Shown: positions 9,448 through 18,426 of the stretch, piece by piece
Layout: each line of letters starts with the position of its first letter
Numbering within the stretch: position 1 is the stretch's first letter
DNA from: Betaproteobacteria bacterium
Lineage (GTDB): Bacteria > Pseudomonadota > Gammaproteobacteria > Burkholderiales > SG8-41
Assembly (NCBI GenBank): GCA_021414185.1
Contig: JAIOOZ010000328.1
Coordinates: forward strand, 1-42,696
Direction of reading: 5' to 3'
Length of the DNA stretch: 42,696 nucleotides
The notes under the pieces: model-generated
Database searches by the model: none
Seen by the model: the letters and a program-made list of their open reading frames with translations, nothing else
Told to the model about the DNA's origin: nothing
Translations under genes and position numbers: made by a program

Positions 9448-11198
9448 GGCGCGCCGCCGAACACGACGCGGCCGGACGAGAATTTCCGCGCTTGATTGGC
9501 GTACGTAAAATTAACATGTGCGCTGCCCGGCGCGTGTTCCAGTTGCAGTTCCAATTCGGTATCGGGCAGCACCACCGCGTGGAATTTGACGCTTTCAAGC
9601 GCGGCGAATGCGGCGTCCGCGGCGAGATGACGCCGCGCAAACCGTATCGCCCAGTCGATCTGCACGACTCCGGGCAACAACGGCAGCCCCGGGAAATGAC
9701 CTGCGAAATAGACGAGATCCAGCGGCACCCTCAGACTGATGATGGCGCGATTACCGTCGCGTCGCTCGGAGATAATTTCGGGCAGCAGCCGGCCGCCGCG
9801 GTCAAACAATGCCGCGAGCGCATCGCGCGTCAGCTTGCCGCGTTCATTGTACGGCAAGGCTTCAGGAAATTGCCAGCGACGCGGCAGCACTACGCGGTCG
9901 AACCAACTGGCGAGATGCGCGCCCAGCGTTTGCATGACGCTGCGGCTGCCGTCGCGCGTCAGTGCCTCCTGCCCGATGGCGTTCAATACCACTGCGGCAC
10001 CGACCATTTCGCGCGCGCCCGACAACGCCACCGTGGCGGCCTCGCGCACCCACGCGTGCTGGCGCAGCCGCTCGCTCATTTCGGCAAGCGACAGGCGTTT
10101 GCCCTCGATCTTGACGACGCTATCCAGCCGTCCCTTGAGCACGAAGCGGCCGTCGGCCAGAATCTCGGCGGCGTCTTCCATGCGCAAGGGCTGCGCGTCG
10201 GCGAGAAACGGCGAGCGCAGCTGTAATGCGCCGTCTTCACGCAACTCAACATCGACTCCCGGTAGCGACGTCCACGCGGCATCACCCGCTTGCTGGCGGC
10301 GCCACGCAATCCCGCCGCTTTCCGTGCTGCCAAAAATCTCCGTCGGCGCCTGCCCGAGGTGGCGCCGGAATTCCGCGGCCGCAGCGTCGGACAGCGGGCC
10401 GCCGGACGAAAAAATGCACCTGGGCGCGGGCTGCAGCGAAGTCAGCGTAATCAGGCCCGGCAAGCGCGCCAGCATCGCGGGGCTGGACACCAGTACGATG
10501 TCCCGCCACCGCGCAAGGCTTGCCTGCAGGTCGCCGGGATCCGCGAGAGTGGCGGTATCGAAACGCCGCCCGGCGGCAAGCGGCCACAGCAGGCGGAACA
10601 GCAAGCCGTAGATATGGTGATGCGGCACGGTCGCGGCGACCACCGCATCGCCCATCGCCTCGCCCCACATCGCTTCGTGCATGGCAACTTCGGCTTCGAG
10701 CTGGGCCAGCGATTTGATTACGCATTTCGGCTCGCCGGTACTGCCGGACGTAAAAAGTTCGATCCGGGTCGCATGGAGATCAAGCTCTCCGCGTTCGGCG
10801 GGCGCATTTTCCGCTGCAGCATTCGTCATAACGACCGGCAGGGAACCTGCTGCGAGAGCGCTCCGCATCGCATTGTCCGCAACCACCGCATCGACGGCGG
10901 CGGCAGTCGCGGCGAGCGTGCCCGGCTGGAAGTTTGCCGGCACTATCGGCAAGCGGCCGGCATGCCACAACGCAAACAACGCGCAACAAAATTCGAACGG
11001 ATCGGCACAGGCCAGCGCCCACCTTTGCTCGCTGCGGCCGGCGAACAGTGCAGTGAGGCCCGCTACCCGTCGGGAAAACGTCTGCCAGCCCACGGTATTC
11101 GCACCCACGATGCAGACCGGCCATTGCGCGGGCCGGCCATGCGCGAGCAGGCGATGTAACGGCAACTGCGCGGAATCAGGCACGCTCACCCCGGACAT
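9444..11198 (-). CDS. Fusion protein: AMP-dependent adenylating ligase plus FabZ-like hotdog dehydratase (ApeH plus ApeI-like)
   Basis: ORF 9444..11219. The start is uncertain: GTG 11219 or ATG 11198. Adenylation motifs are FTSGSTGEPK, GSTESGG and GRLDSVVKIEGKRLSL. The C-terminal roughly 120 aa carry YFAGHFPGLPLLPGVVQIDW, the FabZ/FabA catalytic His motif. Confidence 0.85.
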   Translation of the reverse strand: MSGVSVPDSAQLPLHRLLAHGRPAQWPVCIVGANTVGWQTFSRRVAGLTALFAGRSEQRWALACADPFEFCCALFALWHAGRLPIVPANFQPGTLAATAAAVDAVVADNAMRSALAAGSLPVVMTNAAAENAPAERGELDLHATRIELFTSGSTGEPKCVIKSLAQLEAEVAMHEAMWGEAMGDAVVAATVPHHHIYGLLFRLLWPLAAGRRFDTATLADPGDLQASLARWRDIVLVSSPAMLARLPGLITLTSLQPAPRCIFSSGGPLSDAAAAEFRRHLGQAPTEIFGSTESGGIAWRRQQAGDAAWTSLPGVDVELREDGALQLRSPFLADAQPLRMEDAAEILADGRFVLKGRLDSVVKIEGKRLSLAEMSERLRQHAWVREAATVALSGAREMVGAAVVLNAIGQEALTRDGSRSVMQTLGAHLASWFDRVVLPRRWQFPEALPYNERGKLTRDALAALFDRGGRLLPEIISERRDGNRAIISLRVPLDLVYFAGHFPGLPLLPGVVQIDWAIRFARRHLAADAAFAALESVKFHAVVLPDTELELQLEHAPGSAHVNFTYANQARKFSSGRVVFGGAP

Positions 11199-11757
11199 AG
11201 CGGCGATACAACCACTCACCGCCCATCAGCGCGCCGATCAGCACGTAGGCGATCAGGCCGTTGTAAAGCGCCCAGAGTTCCCGCGAACCGATCAAAGCGG
11301 TGTAGGCAGCCAATGCGCCATTGGCGACGAAGAACACGCACCAGACGACGGTCACGCGCCGCGTATACCCGATGTCCGCCGCCGAGAACTGCGGTTTATG
11401 CAGACGCGCAAACTGTTCGATCATGGATGGCGGGCGCAGCAGCGACAGTCCGAACAGCAGCAACATGCCGAGATTGATTGCGGCCGGGTAAAGACGCAGC
11501 AGCGGTTCGCTGTTGGTCACCATGACGCCGACCGACAGCGCGACCAGCGCGGCAAGCACCGCGTAGCTCAACCAGCCAAGGCCGCGCAAAAACAGGCGCG
11601 CCCGGTAATGGTGGCGCAGGATCAGGAGCAGCAGCAGCAGCAGGCCGAGGATGCGCGGCTCGATGACATCCAGGCTGAAGAACACGACAAACGGATAGAC
11701 GGCCCACAGCAGCGAACGGGCAACTTTGGCGCCATCGATTGCCGCGATGCCCGCCAC
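11176..11757 (-). CDS. Small integral membrane protein (COG4648/ApeG-like)
   Basis: 193 aa with a GTG start 2 nt after the ACP stop. About 5-6 hydrophobic helices. Its position between the ACPs and the ligase matches APE clusters. Confidence 0.6.
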   Translation of the reverse strand: MAGIAAIDGAKVARSLLWAVYPFVVFFSLDVIEPRILGLLLLLLLILRHHYRARLFLRGLGWLSYAVLAALVALSVGVMVTNSEPLLRLYPAAINLGMLLLFGLSLLRPPSMIEQFARLHKPQFSAADIGYTRRVTVVWCVFFVANGALAAYTALIGSRELWALYNGLIAYVLIGALMGGEWLYRRYVRGERA

Positions 11758-11759
11758 GA

Positions 11760-12005
11760 TCAGGCGGCGAGCAGCGACTGTACCACGCCGATTACGTCAC
11801 CGACCGTGCGCACGCCCTTGAAGTTCTCCGGCTTGATGCGCTTGCCGGTCATTTCCTGCAGTTTGATCGCGAGATCGACCGCGTCGATGCTGTCAAGACC
11901 CAGCTCGTCGTACAACTTCGCCGACGGAATCACTCGCGACGGCTCGATCTCGAACGCTTCGCGCAGAATTTCGCGCAGCTTCGCCAGTATTTCGTCCTCG
12001 TTCAT
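11760..12005 (-). CDS. Acyl carrier protein
   Basis: 81 aa, acidic. The phosphopantetheine attachment motif is LGLDSIDAVDL. Confidence 0.9.
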   Translation of the reverse strand: MNEDEILAKLREILREAFEIEPSRVIPSAKLYDELGLDSIDAVDLAIKLQEMTGKRIKPENFKGVRTVGDVIGVVQSLLAA

Positions 12006-12038
12006 TGCTTGCTCTCCCCTTTCTTTGCCGCTGCTTCG

Positions 12039-12305
12039 TCAGCCGTCCTTGCGGCGGCTGCGCACCAGCTCAACGAGGCTGTTAACGGTGCGAAAATGTT
12101 CGCGTATGCCGGCGTCGCCGGCTTCGAGCTGCAGCCGGTACTTCTTGCGCAGCGCCACGCCGAGCTCGAGCGCGTCGATCGAATCGAGACCCATCCCGCT
12201 GTCGCCGAACAGCTCCACATCGTCCGCGATGTCCGGCGGCGTGAGTTCCTCCAGGTCGAGCGTGTCAATGAGCAGCTGCTTGATTTCCAACTTCAGCGTT
12301 TCCAT
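12039..12305 (-). CDS. Acyl carrier protein (second, tandem)
   Basis: 88 aa with attachment motif GMGLDSIDALEL. The ATG at 12305 overlaps the end of the acyltransferase gene by 41 nt, so the true start could be internal. Confidence 0.85.
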   Translation of the reverse strand: METLKLEIKQLLIDTLDLEELTPPDIADDVELFGDSGMGLDSIDALELGVALRKKYRLQLEAGDAGIREHFRTVNSLVELVRSRRKDG

Positions 12306-13071
12306 AAACCGCGAGTTCCTTCGTGAAATATCGCTCCAGTGCCTCGGTCAGCTGGCGGGCGGCGATTGCCGGTGGTAGCGCGGAATCGATCAGGCGTTCG
12401 AACTGCAACGGACGTTGCACGTCCACACTATAGTGGAATGGCCGCGCAGGGATACGATACCACTTTTCCCCCTTGCTTAAGGTCGGCGGATCGCAGCGTA
12501 GCACCACCGGCAACAGGGGGCAGTTGCTGCGCAAAGCGACGTAGGCGGCGCCGCGCAGAAATTTTAGGTCGCGCCCTGCGCGCGTGCGCGTGCCTTCCGG
12601 AAAAATGACCAGCGGGGTGCCGGCGGCGAGTTCGGCGGCGCAGTCTTCGATCAGGGAATCCGGCGCTGAATTATTGATGTAGCCGGCGGCGCTCACTACG
12701 CCGCGCATGAACGGATTGCGCCAGGCGCCGCTTTTGACGACACAACACGCGTTCGGCATGAGCGAAAACATGACCACGATGTCGAGTATGGTCGGATGGT
12801 TGGCGACGATCAGTGCGCCCCCGCAATTGCGCAGGCGGTCGCCGCTGCGGATATCGAGGCGCATGGCGCCGAATGTTCGCAGCGTCCACACCATGGCCGA
12901 GAAACCCTTGTGGACCATCCACTGCGCGCGCAAGACGCGGCGTTTGCGCCCGCCGGGCAGCACGCGCATCGAAGGAAAGACCAGCGTCGCCAGGAATAAG
13001 CCGCCGAGACCGAAACCGGCAAAGCACGAGGCCGTCACCACCAGCCGCCAGTAGTGGTTGAAATTAGTCAT
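12265..13071 (-). CDS. PlsC/LPLAT-family acyltransferase (ApeD-like)
   Basis: Within ORF 12265..13275. Start at Met69 (MTNFNHYWRLVV), an ATGACTAA overlap with the upstream gene. An N-terminal TM helix is present. HX4D motif in VANHPTILD. Second motif in VIFPEGTRTRAG. Confidence 0.85.
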   Translation of the reverse strand: MTNFNHYWRLVVTASCFAGFGLGGLFLATLVFPSMRVLPGGRKRRVLRAQWMVHKGFSAMVWTLRTFGAMRLDIRSGDRLRNCGGALIVANHPTILDIVVMFSLMPNACCVVKSGAWRNPFMRGVVSAAGYINNSAPDSLIEDCAAELAAGTPLVIFPEGTRTRAGRDLKFLRGAAYVALRSNCPLLPVVLRCDPPTLSKGEKWYRIPARPFHYSVDVQRPLQFERLIDSALPPAIAARQLTEALERYFTKELAVYGNAEVGNQAAAH

Positions 13072-13762
13072 TGCGCCGCTTCCAGCGCCAGCAGCGGTCA
13101 GGCCCCGGCCATGTCGCCTCGCGCGCTTCAGCGCTGATAAGCCAGTGCATGAAAGCCAGCGATTGCGGCAGCGTTTCCGCGCCGCCCTCCGCCGCGGTCG
13201 CTGCGCATTCCACGACCAACGCGGCGTCGGACCGCAGCAGCAGCGCGACCGCGTGCGCTGTTTCCCTGATCGCAATATAGCTGCCGTATACCGGCGGCAC
13301 GGGTTCGTCGGCGTAAATCAGCAGCACCGGCTCGGCTGGATGGGATGCGCATTGCAGCGCGGCCTCCAGCAAGGCGAAGCCGAAAGTTTCTTCCGCGGCG
13401 GAAATCGCCGTCGAGGGCGCATGGTCGCGCCGGATGATAGACCACAGTCCCGCGGTGGCGTTGAGCACGGACATGCTGAAGACGGTCGGCGACAGCGGCT
13501 CGCCTGCGGCCAGATCGCCCAGGAGCTGGGTCGCGCAGCGCAGGTCGCCGTGGCGCGATGCGTACACCAGCCGCACGCTTCCGATGCCGGCCGCGCATTG
13601 ATCGGCGACGTGCAGCCCCATCTTTGCCAGCGGGTTCAGGCGGCGGCGCAGCATCGGTTCGACAAAGCGCACGTCGGGCGCGCCCTGTTCCCCCTTGGTT
13701 GCAACCGGGGGGAAACCCTCGCCCCAAACCGCCCAGTCAGCTATTGGAACGTTCCAGATCAT
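13064..13762 (-). CDS. Beta-ketoacyl synthase N-terminal-like domain protein lacking the active-site Cys (chain-length-factor-like, ApeC-like)
   Basis: Within ORF 13064..13855. Start taken at ATG 13762 (MIWNVPIADWAVWGEG); a GTG at 13771 is also possible. It is short (about 232 aa). Ser replaces Cys in the region SPTVFSMSVLNATAG. It is the first gene of the cluster, as in APE loci. Confidence 0.7.
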   Translation of the reverse strand: MIWNVPIADWAVWGEGFPPVATKGEQGAPDVRFVEPMLRRRLNPLAKMGLHVADQCAAGIGSVRLVYASRHGDLRCATQLLGDLAAGEPLSPTVFSMSVLNATAGLWSIIRRDHAPSTAISAAEETFGFALLEAALQCASHPAEPVLLIYADEPVPPVYGSYIAIRETAHAVALLLRSDAALVVECAATAAEGGAETLPQSLAFMHWLISAEAREATWPGPDRCWRWKRRND

Positions 13763-13771
13763 ACCGAGCAC

Positions 13772-13792
13772 GCGGAAACCGCAGGTTTCCGC
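13772..13792. promoter_or_regulatory. Perfect 9-bp/3-nt/9-bp palindrome next to the first start codon of the APE-like operon
   Basis: GCGGAAACC-gca-GGTTTCCGC lies 10 nt upstream (in the minus-strand sense) of ATG 13762. It could be an operator or an RNA hairpin masking the ribosome-binding region. Function is not established. Confidence 0.3.
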
Positions 13793-13994
13793 TCGCCACC
13801 TCTCCCTGATTTCGAATGCAGCCTGGCTGGATGACAATCTGCGCGCTGCTGCCAATGTCGAACCCGGTCATTGTTGCGCCGTTTTCATACGTTACACCGT
13901 CGATAGCGGATTCGCAATTGAACACGCAGCCGTGCCCGGGACTTATTGCAGTCCTCGAATAAGCCACGGAAAAACGTTTGCCGGCAACGGCTGA

Positions 13995-14528
13995 CTAGTT
14001 GCATCCTTCAGCCAATGCCACCTCGGGAAATTTGCCCGCGCGATAACGGAATACGCGGCCATGCCGGGTCTCGAACTGCACGGCATGACGACCGTCGCTG
14101 GAACTTACCGTCACATAATTGCCGGCGGCGCCCAGGTATTTGTGCGGTGAGAATTTCGCGCGCTCCCCGTACAGTGCCAGCAGCCGCTCTTCAGTGTCGC
14201 CGATGCGCGCGCCGGACACCGTGGCATACCCGGGCGCCAGCACGTCCACGCGCGAAATGCGGCCTTCGGTCACCATGAAAATGACGCCCTTGATGCCGCG
14301 CGTGAAATCGAGGTAGTAACAATACGCGGAGCTCAACGCGCGGTCGTCGCTCAACGCCAACCCCGCCGCGCGCTCCGCCTGCGTCCGCGTCATGCCGATG
14401 CGTAGCGGGCCAAAACCGTCCACCCGCGTGCGCCATGCTGCATCCGCCGCCGCCGCAACGCCGGCGACGCTCAGCGCCGCGCCCAGCAGAAGCTGCGCGT
14501 GTATCGAACCCGATGAGGAGGCAAGCAT
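13995..14528 (-). CDS. Secreted/periplasmic hypothetical protein
   Basis: 177 aa with an N-terminal signal-like segment (AQLLLGAALSVAGVAAAADA). I recognise no catalytic motif. Confidence 0.55.
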   Translation of the reverse strand: MLASSSGSIHAQLLLGAALSVAGVAAAADAAWRTRVDGFGPLRIGMTRTQAERAAGLALSDDRALSSAYCYYLDFTRGIKGVIFMVTEGRISRVDVLAPGYATVSGARIGDTEERLLALYGERAKFSPHKYLGAAGNYVTVSSSDGRHAVQFETRHGRVFRYRAGKFPEVALAEGCN

Positions 14529-14537
14529 TGCCTGGAC

Positions 14538-15461
14538 TCAAGCGAGCCAGTTTTTCCTGAGCAAAAAATCGCTGGCGAGCGCCGCTTCCGCGCTACCCGC
14601 CGCAGGCTGCCAGTCGTAGCGCCATTTCACGATGGGCGGCAGAGACATCAGTATCGATTCGGTGCGCCCGCCCGATTGCAGGCCGAACAGCGTGCCGCGA
14701 TCCCACACGAGGTTGAACTCGACGTAGCGGCCGCGGCGATAGGCCTGCCAATCGCGCTCGCGCTCGCCGTACGGCAGGCCTTTACGGCGTTCGAGTATCG
14801 GCACATAGGCGTCGAGAAAATGATCACCGACACTTTGCTGCAGCGAAAAACAGGTCGCGAAATCCGGCGTATTCAGATCATCGAAAAAAATACCACCGAT
14901 GCCGCGCGGCTCCTGGCGATGTTTAAGGTAGAAATACCCGTCGCACCATTCTTTGTAGCGCGCGTGGCAATCAGCACCGAATGGAGCAAGCGCGTCGCGG
15001 CAGGTGCGATGAAAATGTATCGCGTCTTCGCTGTAACCGTAGTACGGCGTCAAGTCCATGCCGCCGCCGAACCACCACGCGGGTTCCGCCGCAGGCGCGG
15101 TGGCAACAAAAAAGCGCACGTTCATATGCACCGTCGGCACGTACGGATTTCGCGGGTGCAGCACCAGCGATACGCCCACAGCGTCCCATGGCCGTCCGGC
15201 GAGCTCAGGACGCGCCGCGGTTGCCGCCGGCGGCAGGGTCTTGCCCATCACGTGCGAGAAGTTGACGCCGCCACGCTCGAACACGCGACCATCTTCAATT
15301 ACGCGGCTGATACCGCCGCCGCCTTCGGGACGCTGCCACGTGTCGGCGCGAAACTCGCCGCCGTCGATGGCCGCGAGCCGCTTTACGATGCGGTCCTGCA
15401 GATCGAGCAGGTAATTTTTGACCGCTGCGAGATCGACGGCTGGGGTTGCGGCAGTGGACAT
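14538..15461 (-). CDS. hemF: Oxygen-dependent coproporphyrinogen III oxidase
   Basis: 307 aa. Motifs are [41 protein letters not shown] and [12 protein letters not shown]. Confidence 0.92.
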   Translation of the reverse strand: MSTAATPAVDLAAVKNYLLDLQDRIVKRLAAIDGGEFRADTWQRPEGGGGISRVIEDGRVFERGGVNFSHVMGKTLPPAATAARPELAGRPWDAVGVSLVLHPRNPYVPTVHMNVRFFVATAPAAEPAWWFGGGMDLTPYYGYSEDAIHFHRTCRDALAPFGADCHARYKEWCDGYFYLKHRQEPRGIGGIFFDDLNTPDFATCFSLQQSVGDHFLDAYVPILERRKGLPYGERERDWQAYRRGRYVEFNLVWDRGTLFGLQSGGRTESILMSLPPIVKWRYDWQPAAGSAEAALASDFLLRKNWLA

Positions 15462-15488
15462 CGCGTCTGTTTGCGCTTTGCTGGCCGC

Positions 15489-16778
15489 TTAACGCCGCTG
15501 ATTCTGCATGGCGCGATGTCCGATATCGCGGCGCATCTGCATGCCGTCGAAGCGTATCGGCTCGGCGACTTCGTACGCGCGGCGCTGCGCGGTTTTGACG
15601 TTGTGGCCCAGCGCCGTCACGCACAGCACGCGGCCGCCGCTGGCCACGACCGTCTTGCCGTTCAGCGCGGTGCCCGAATGGAATACGCGATAGTCGTCGC
15701 CCGCAGCGGCGTTTACCGGCGGCAACCCCGTGATGGCATCGCCTTTGCGCGGCGCATCCGGATAACCGTGCGCAGCCATCACCACACCGAGCGCTGCGCG
15801 CGGGTCCCACTCGACTTCGATTTTGTCGAGCGTACCGGCGAGAGCGTGGTCGAGCAGCGTCAGCAAATCGCTTTTAAGGCGCAGTATGATGGGCTGGGTC
15901 TCCGGGTCGCCGAGACGGCAGTTGAATTCGACGACGTGCACCTGCCCGCCTTTGCCTATCATCAGGCCCGCGTAGAGAAAACCGACGAATGGCGTGCCGT
16001 CCTGTTCCATGCCGGCGATGGCGGGATTGATCACTTCGCGCATGACTTTTGCGTGCACACTCGGCGTCACCACCGGCGCCGGCGAGTACGCGCCCATGCC
16101 GCCGGTATTGGGGCCGACGTCACCGTCGCGCAGGCGCTTGTGATCCTGGCTGGTGGCGAGTGCGAGTGCGTGACGGCCATCGACCATGACGATGAAGCTC
16201 GCTTCCTCGCCATCGAGAAAATCCTCAATCACGACGCGGCTGCCGGCGCTGCCCATCTTGTTGTCGATCAGCATCATGTCGATGGCGGCATGCGCTTCTT
16301 TGAGATCGGCGGCAACCACCACGCCCTTGCCCGCCGCCAGGCCGTCGGCCTTGATGACGATGGGTGCACCGCGTTCGTCCACATACTGATGCGCGGCCCT
16401 GGCATCGGTGAAAGTCTGGTAGCCCGCGGTCGGTATGCGGTGGCGCTGCATGAACGCCTTGGCGAAATCCTTTGAGCTTTCGAGTTGCGCCGCGCGCTGC
16501 GTCGGGCCGAATATCCTGAGGCCCGCCGCTTGGAATGCATCGACTATACCGGCGGCCAGCGGCGCTTCCGGGCCGACCACCGTCAGCGCGACCTGCTCCT
16601 TGCGCGCGAACTCGACGAGTTTGGTGTGATCGGTAATGTCGACGTTCTCGACGCCGTCTTCGAGCGCGGTGCCGGCATTGCCCGGCGCGACATACACTTT
16701 GGATACGCGCGGCGACTTCGCGAGCTTCCACGCCAATGCATGCTCGCGACCGCCGCCGCCTATGACCATTAGCTTCAT
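15489..16778 (-). CDS. purD: Phosphoribosylamine--glycine ligase
   Basis: 429 aa. [19 protein letters not shown] at the N-terminus. ATP-grasp core with [13 protein letters not shown] and [13 protein letters not shown]. Confidence 0.95.
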   Translation of the reverse strand: MKLMVIGGGGREHALAWKLAKSPRVSKVYVAPGNAGTALEDGVENVDITDHTKLVEFARKEQVALTVVGPEAPLAAGIVDAFQAAGLRIFGPTQRAAQLESSKDFAKAFMQRHRIPTAGYQTFTDARAAHQYVDERGAPIVIKADGLAAGKGVVVAADLKEAHAAIDMMLIDNKMGSAGSRVVIEDFLDGEEASFIVMVDGRHALALATSQDHKRLRDGDVGPNTGGMGAYSPAPVVTPSVHAKVMREVINPAIAGMEQDGTPFVGFLYAGLMIGKGGQVHVVEFNCRLGDPETQPIILRLKSDLLTLLDHALAGTLDKIEVEWDPRAALGVVMAAHGYPDAPRKGDAITGLPPVNAAAGDDYRVFHSGTALNGKTVVASGGRVLCVTALGHNVKTAQRRAYEVAEPIRFDGMQMRRDIGHRAMQNQRR

Positions 16779-16794
16779 CTCGGCTTAACGCGCG

Positions 16795-18357
16795 TCAGTG
16801 CCGGAAGTGGCGATGGCCGGTGAAGGCCATCGCGATGCCGCGTTCGTCGGCGGCGGCGATGACTTCCGCATCGCGCAGGCTGCCGCCGGGCTGGATCACC
16901 GCGACCGCGCCCGCCTCGGCGACGACGTCGAGGCCGTCGCGAAACGGAAAAAACGCGTCAGACGCGACTACCGAACCGGCGAGAGCCAGATTGGCGTTCT
17001 GCGCTTTGATCGCGGCAATGCGCGCCGAATCGACGCGGCTCATCTGGCCAGCACCCACGCCCAGTGTGCGGCCTTTGCCGCAAAACACGATGGCATTCGA
17101 TTTCACGAACTTGGCGACGCGCCACGCGAACAGCAGGTCTTCCTGTTGCTGCGGCGTAGGCTGCACCCTGCTGACGATTTTGAGATCGGCGGCGCTGATA
17201 TGAAAGTTGTCGGGTGTCTGCGCAAGCAACCCGCCACCGACGCGTTTCATCTCGTACGCATTGGCGCCGTCCGCCAGCGGGACTTCCAGCACTCGCACGT
17301 TTTCTTTCTTGGCGAGTGCCGCGCGCGCGCCAGCTGAAACCTGTGGTGCGATCAGCACTTCGACAAACTGCTCGGCCACCGCGGCGGCAGTCGCCGCATC
17401 GAGCTCGCGATTGAACGCGATGATGCCGCCGAACGCCGAGGTCGGATCGGTGGCAAAAGCCGCGCGATAAGCATCCAGCGTACTGCCGGCGACCGCGACG
17501 CCGCACGGATTCGCATGCTTGATGATCACGCACGCCGGTTGTTCGAATGTCTTTACGCACTCCCACGCCGCGTCGGCGTCGGCGATATTGTTATATGAGA
17601 GTTCCTTGCCCTGTAGCTGCACGTAGCGCGCGAGGCTGCCCGGCGCGGGCTCGAGGTCGCGGTAGAAAGCCGCGTTCTGATGCGGGTTTTCGCCGTAACG
17701 CAGCGTTTGCGCCAGCTCGAAATTCAGGTTCAGGCGTTGTGGAAAAGCGGCGCGCGCGCCGTCCGCGCCCAACGCGGTCAGGTAATTGCTGATCGCGCCA
17801 TCGTAAGCTGCGGTGTGCGAAAAAGCTTTTTTCGCCAGCCTGAAGCGGGTCGTCTCGCCGACCGCGCCGTTGGCTGCGCGCATTTCGCCCAATATTGCGG
17901 CGTAGTCGGCGGGATCGGTCACCACCGCAACGTGCGCGTGGTTCTTGGCCGCGCTGCGCACCATCGCCGGCCCGCCGATATCGATATTTTCGATCGCTTC
18001 GTCCAGCGTACAGCCGGCGCGGGCGACGGTCTGGCTAAAGGGATAGAGATTGACGACCACCAGGTCGATGGGCGCGATGCCGGCGCTTTTGATCGCCTCG
18101 ACATGCGCGGGAACGTCGCGCCGCGCTAGTATGCCGCCGTGAACTTTCGGGTGCAGGGTTTTGACGCGGCCGTCGAGCATCTCCGGAAAACCGGTATGGT
18201 CAGACACCTCGGTGACGCTGATCCCGCTGTCGCGCAGCAGCTTGGCGGTGCCGCCGGTAGACAGCATCGCGACGCCGAAACCGGCGAGGCCGCGCGCGAA
18301 CTCGATGAGCCCGGTTTTGTCGGAAACGCTTAGTAGCGCGGTCTTGATGACGGACAT
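16795..18357 (-). CDS. purH: Bifunctional AICAR transformylase / IMP cyclohydrolase
   Basis: 520 aa. [10 protein letters not shown] and LSTGGTAK (MGS-like domain). C-terminal GQMSRVDS and RHFRH. Confidence 0.95.
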   Translation of the reverse strand: MSVIKTALLSVSDKTGLIEFARGLAGFGVAMLSTGGTAKLLRDSGISVTEVSDHTGFPEMLDGRVKTLHPKVHGGILARRDVPAHVEAIKSAGIAPIDLVVVNLYPFSQTVARAGCTLDEAIENIDIGGPAMVRSAAKNHAHVAVVTDPADYAAILGEMRAANGAVGETTRFRLAKKAFSHTAAYDGAISNYLTALGADGARAAFPQRLNLNFELAQTLRYGENPHQNAAFYRDLEPAPGSLARYVQLQGKELSYNNIADADAAWECVKTFEQPACVIIKHANPCGVAVAGSTLDAYRAAFATDPTSAFGGIIAFNRELDAATAAAVAEQFVEVLIAPQVSAGARAALAKKENVRVLEVPLADGANAYEMKRVGGGLLAQTPDNFHISAADLKIVSRVQPTPQQQEDLLFAWRVAKFVKSNAIVFCGKGRTLGVGAGQMSRVDSARIAAIKAQNANLALAGSVVASDAFFPFRDGLDVVAEAGAVAVIQPGGSLRDAEVIAAADERGIAMAFTGHRHFRH

Positions 18358-18369
18358 GGGAAGCAGGAT

Positions 18370-18409
18370 TGAGGATTGAGTTATCAGGTTTGAGGGGGCT
18401 CAATCCTCA
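18370..18409 (-). other. 11-bp stem hairpin in the fis-purH spacer
   Basis: TGAGGATTGAG (18370..18380) pairs with CTCAATCCTCA (18399..18409). No U-tract follows on the transcribed (minus) strand, so it is not a canonical terminator. Confidence 0.35.
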
Positions 18410-18426
18410 GTCCCCGATCCTCGATC

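Noticed and set aside
13737-13967. 76-aa minus-strand ORF (GTG start) filling the leader upstream of the polyene operon.
   Set aside because: By my count, third-position GC is clearly lower than in the neighbouring genes. It has no recognisable motif or RBS and overlaps the first cluster gene. It is probably non-coding leader, though a small leader peptide cannot be fully excluded.
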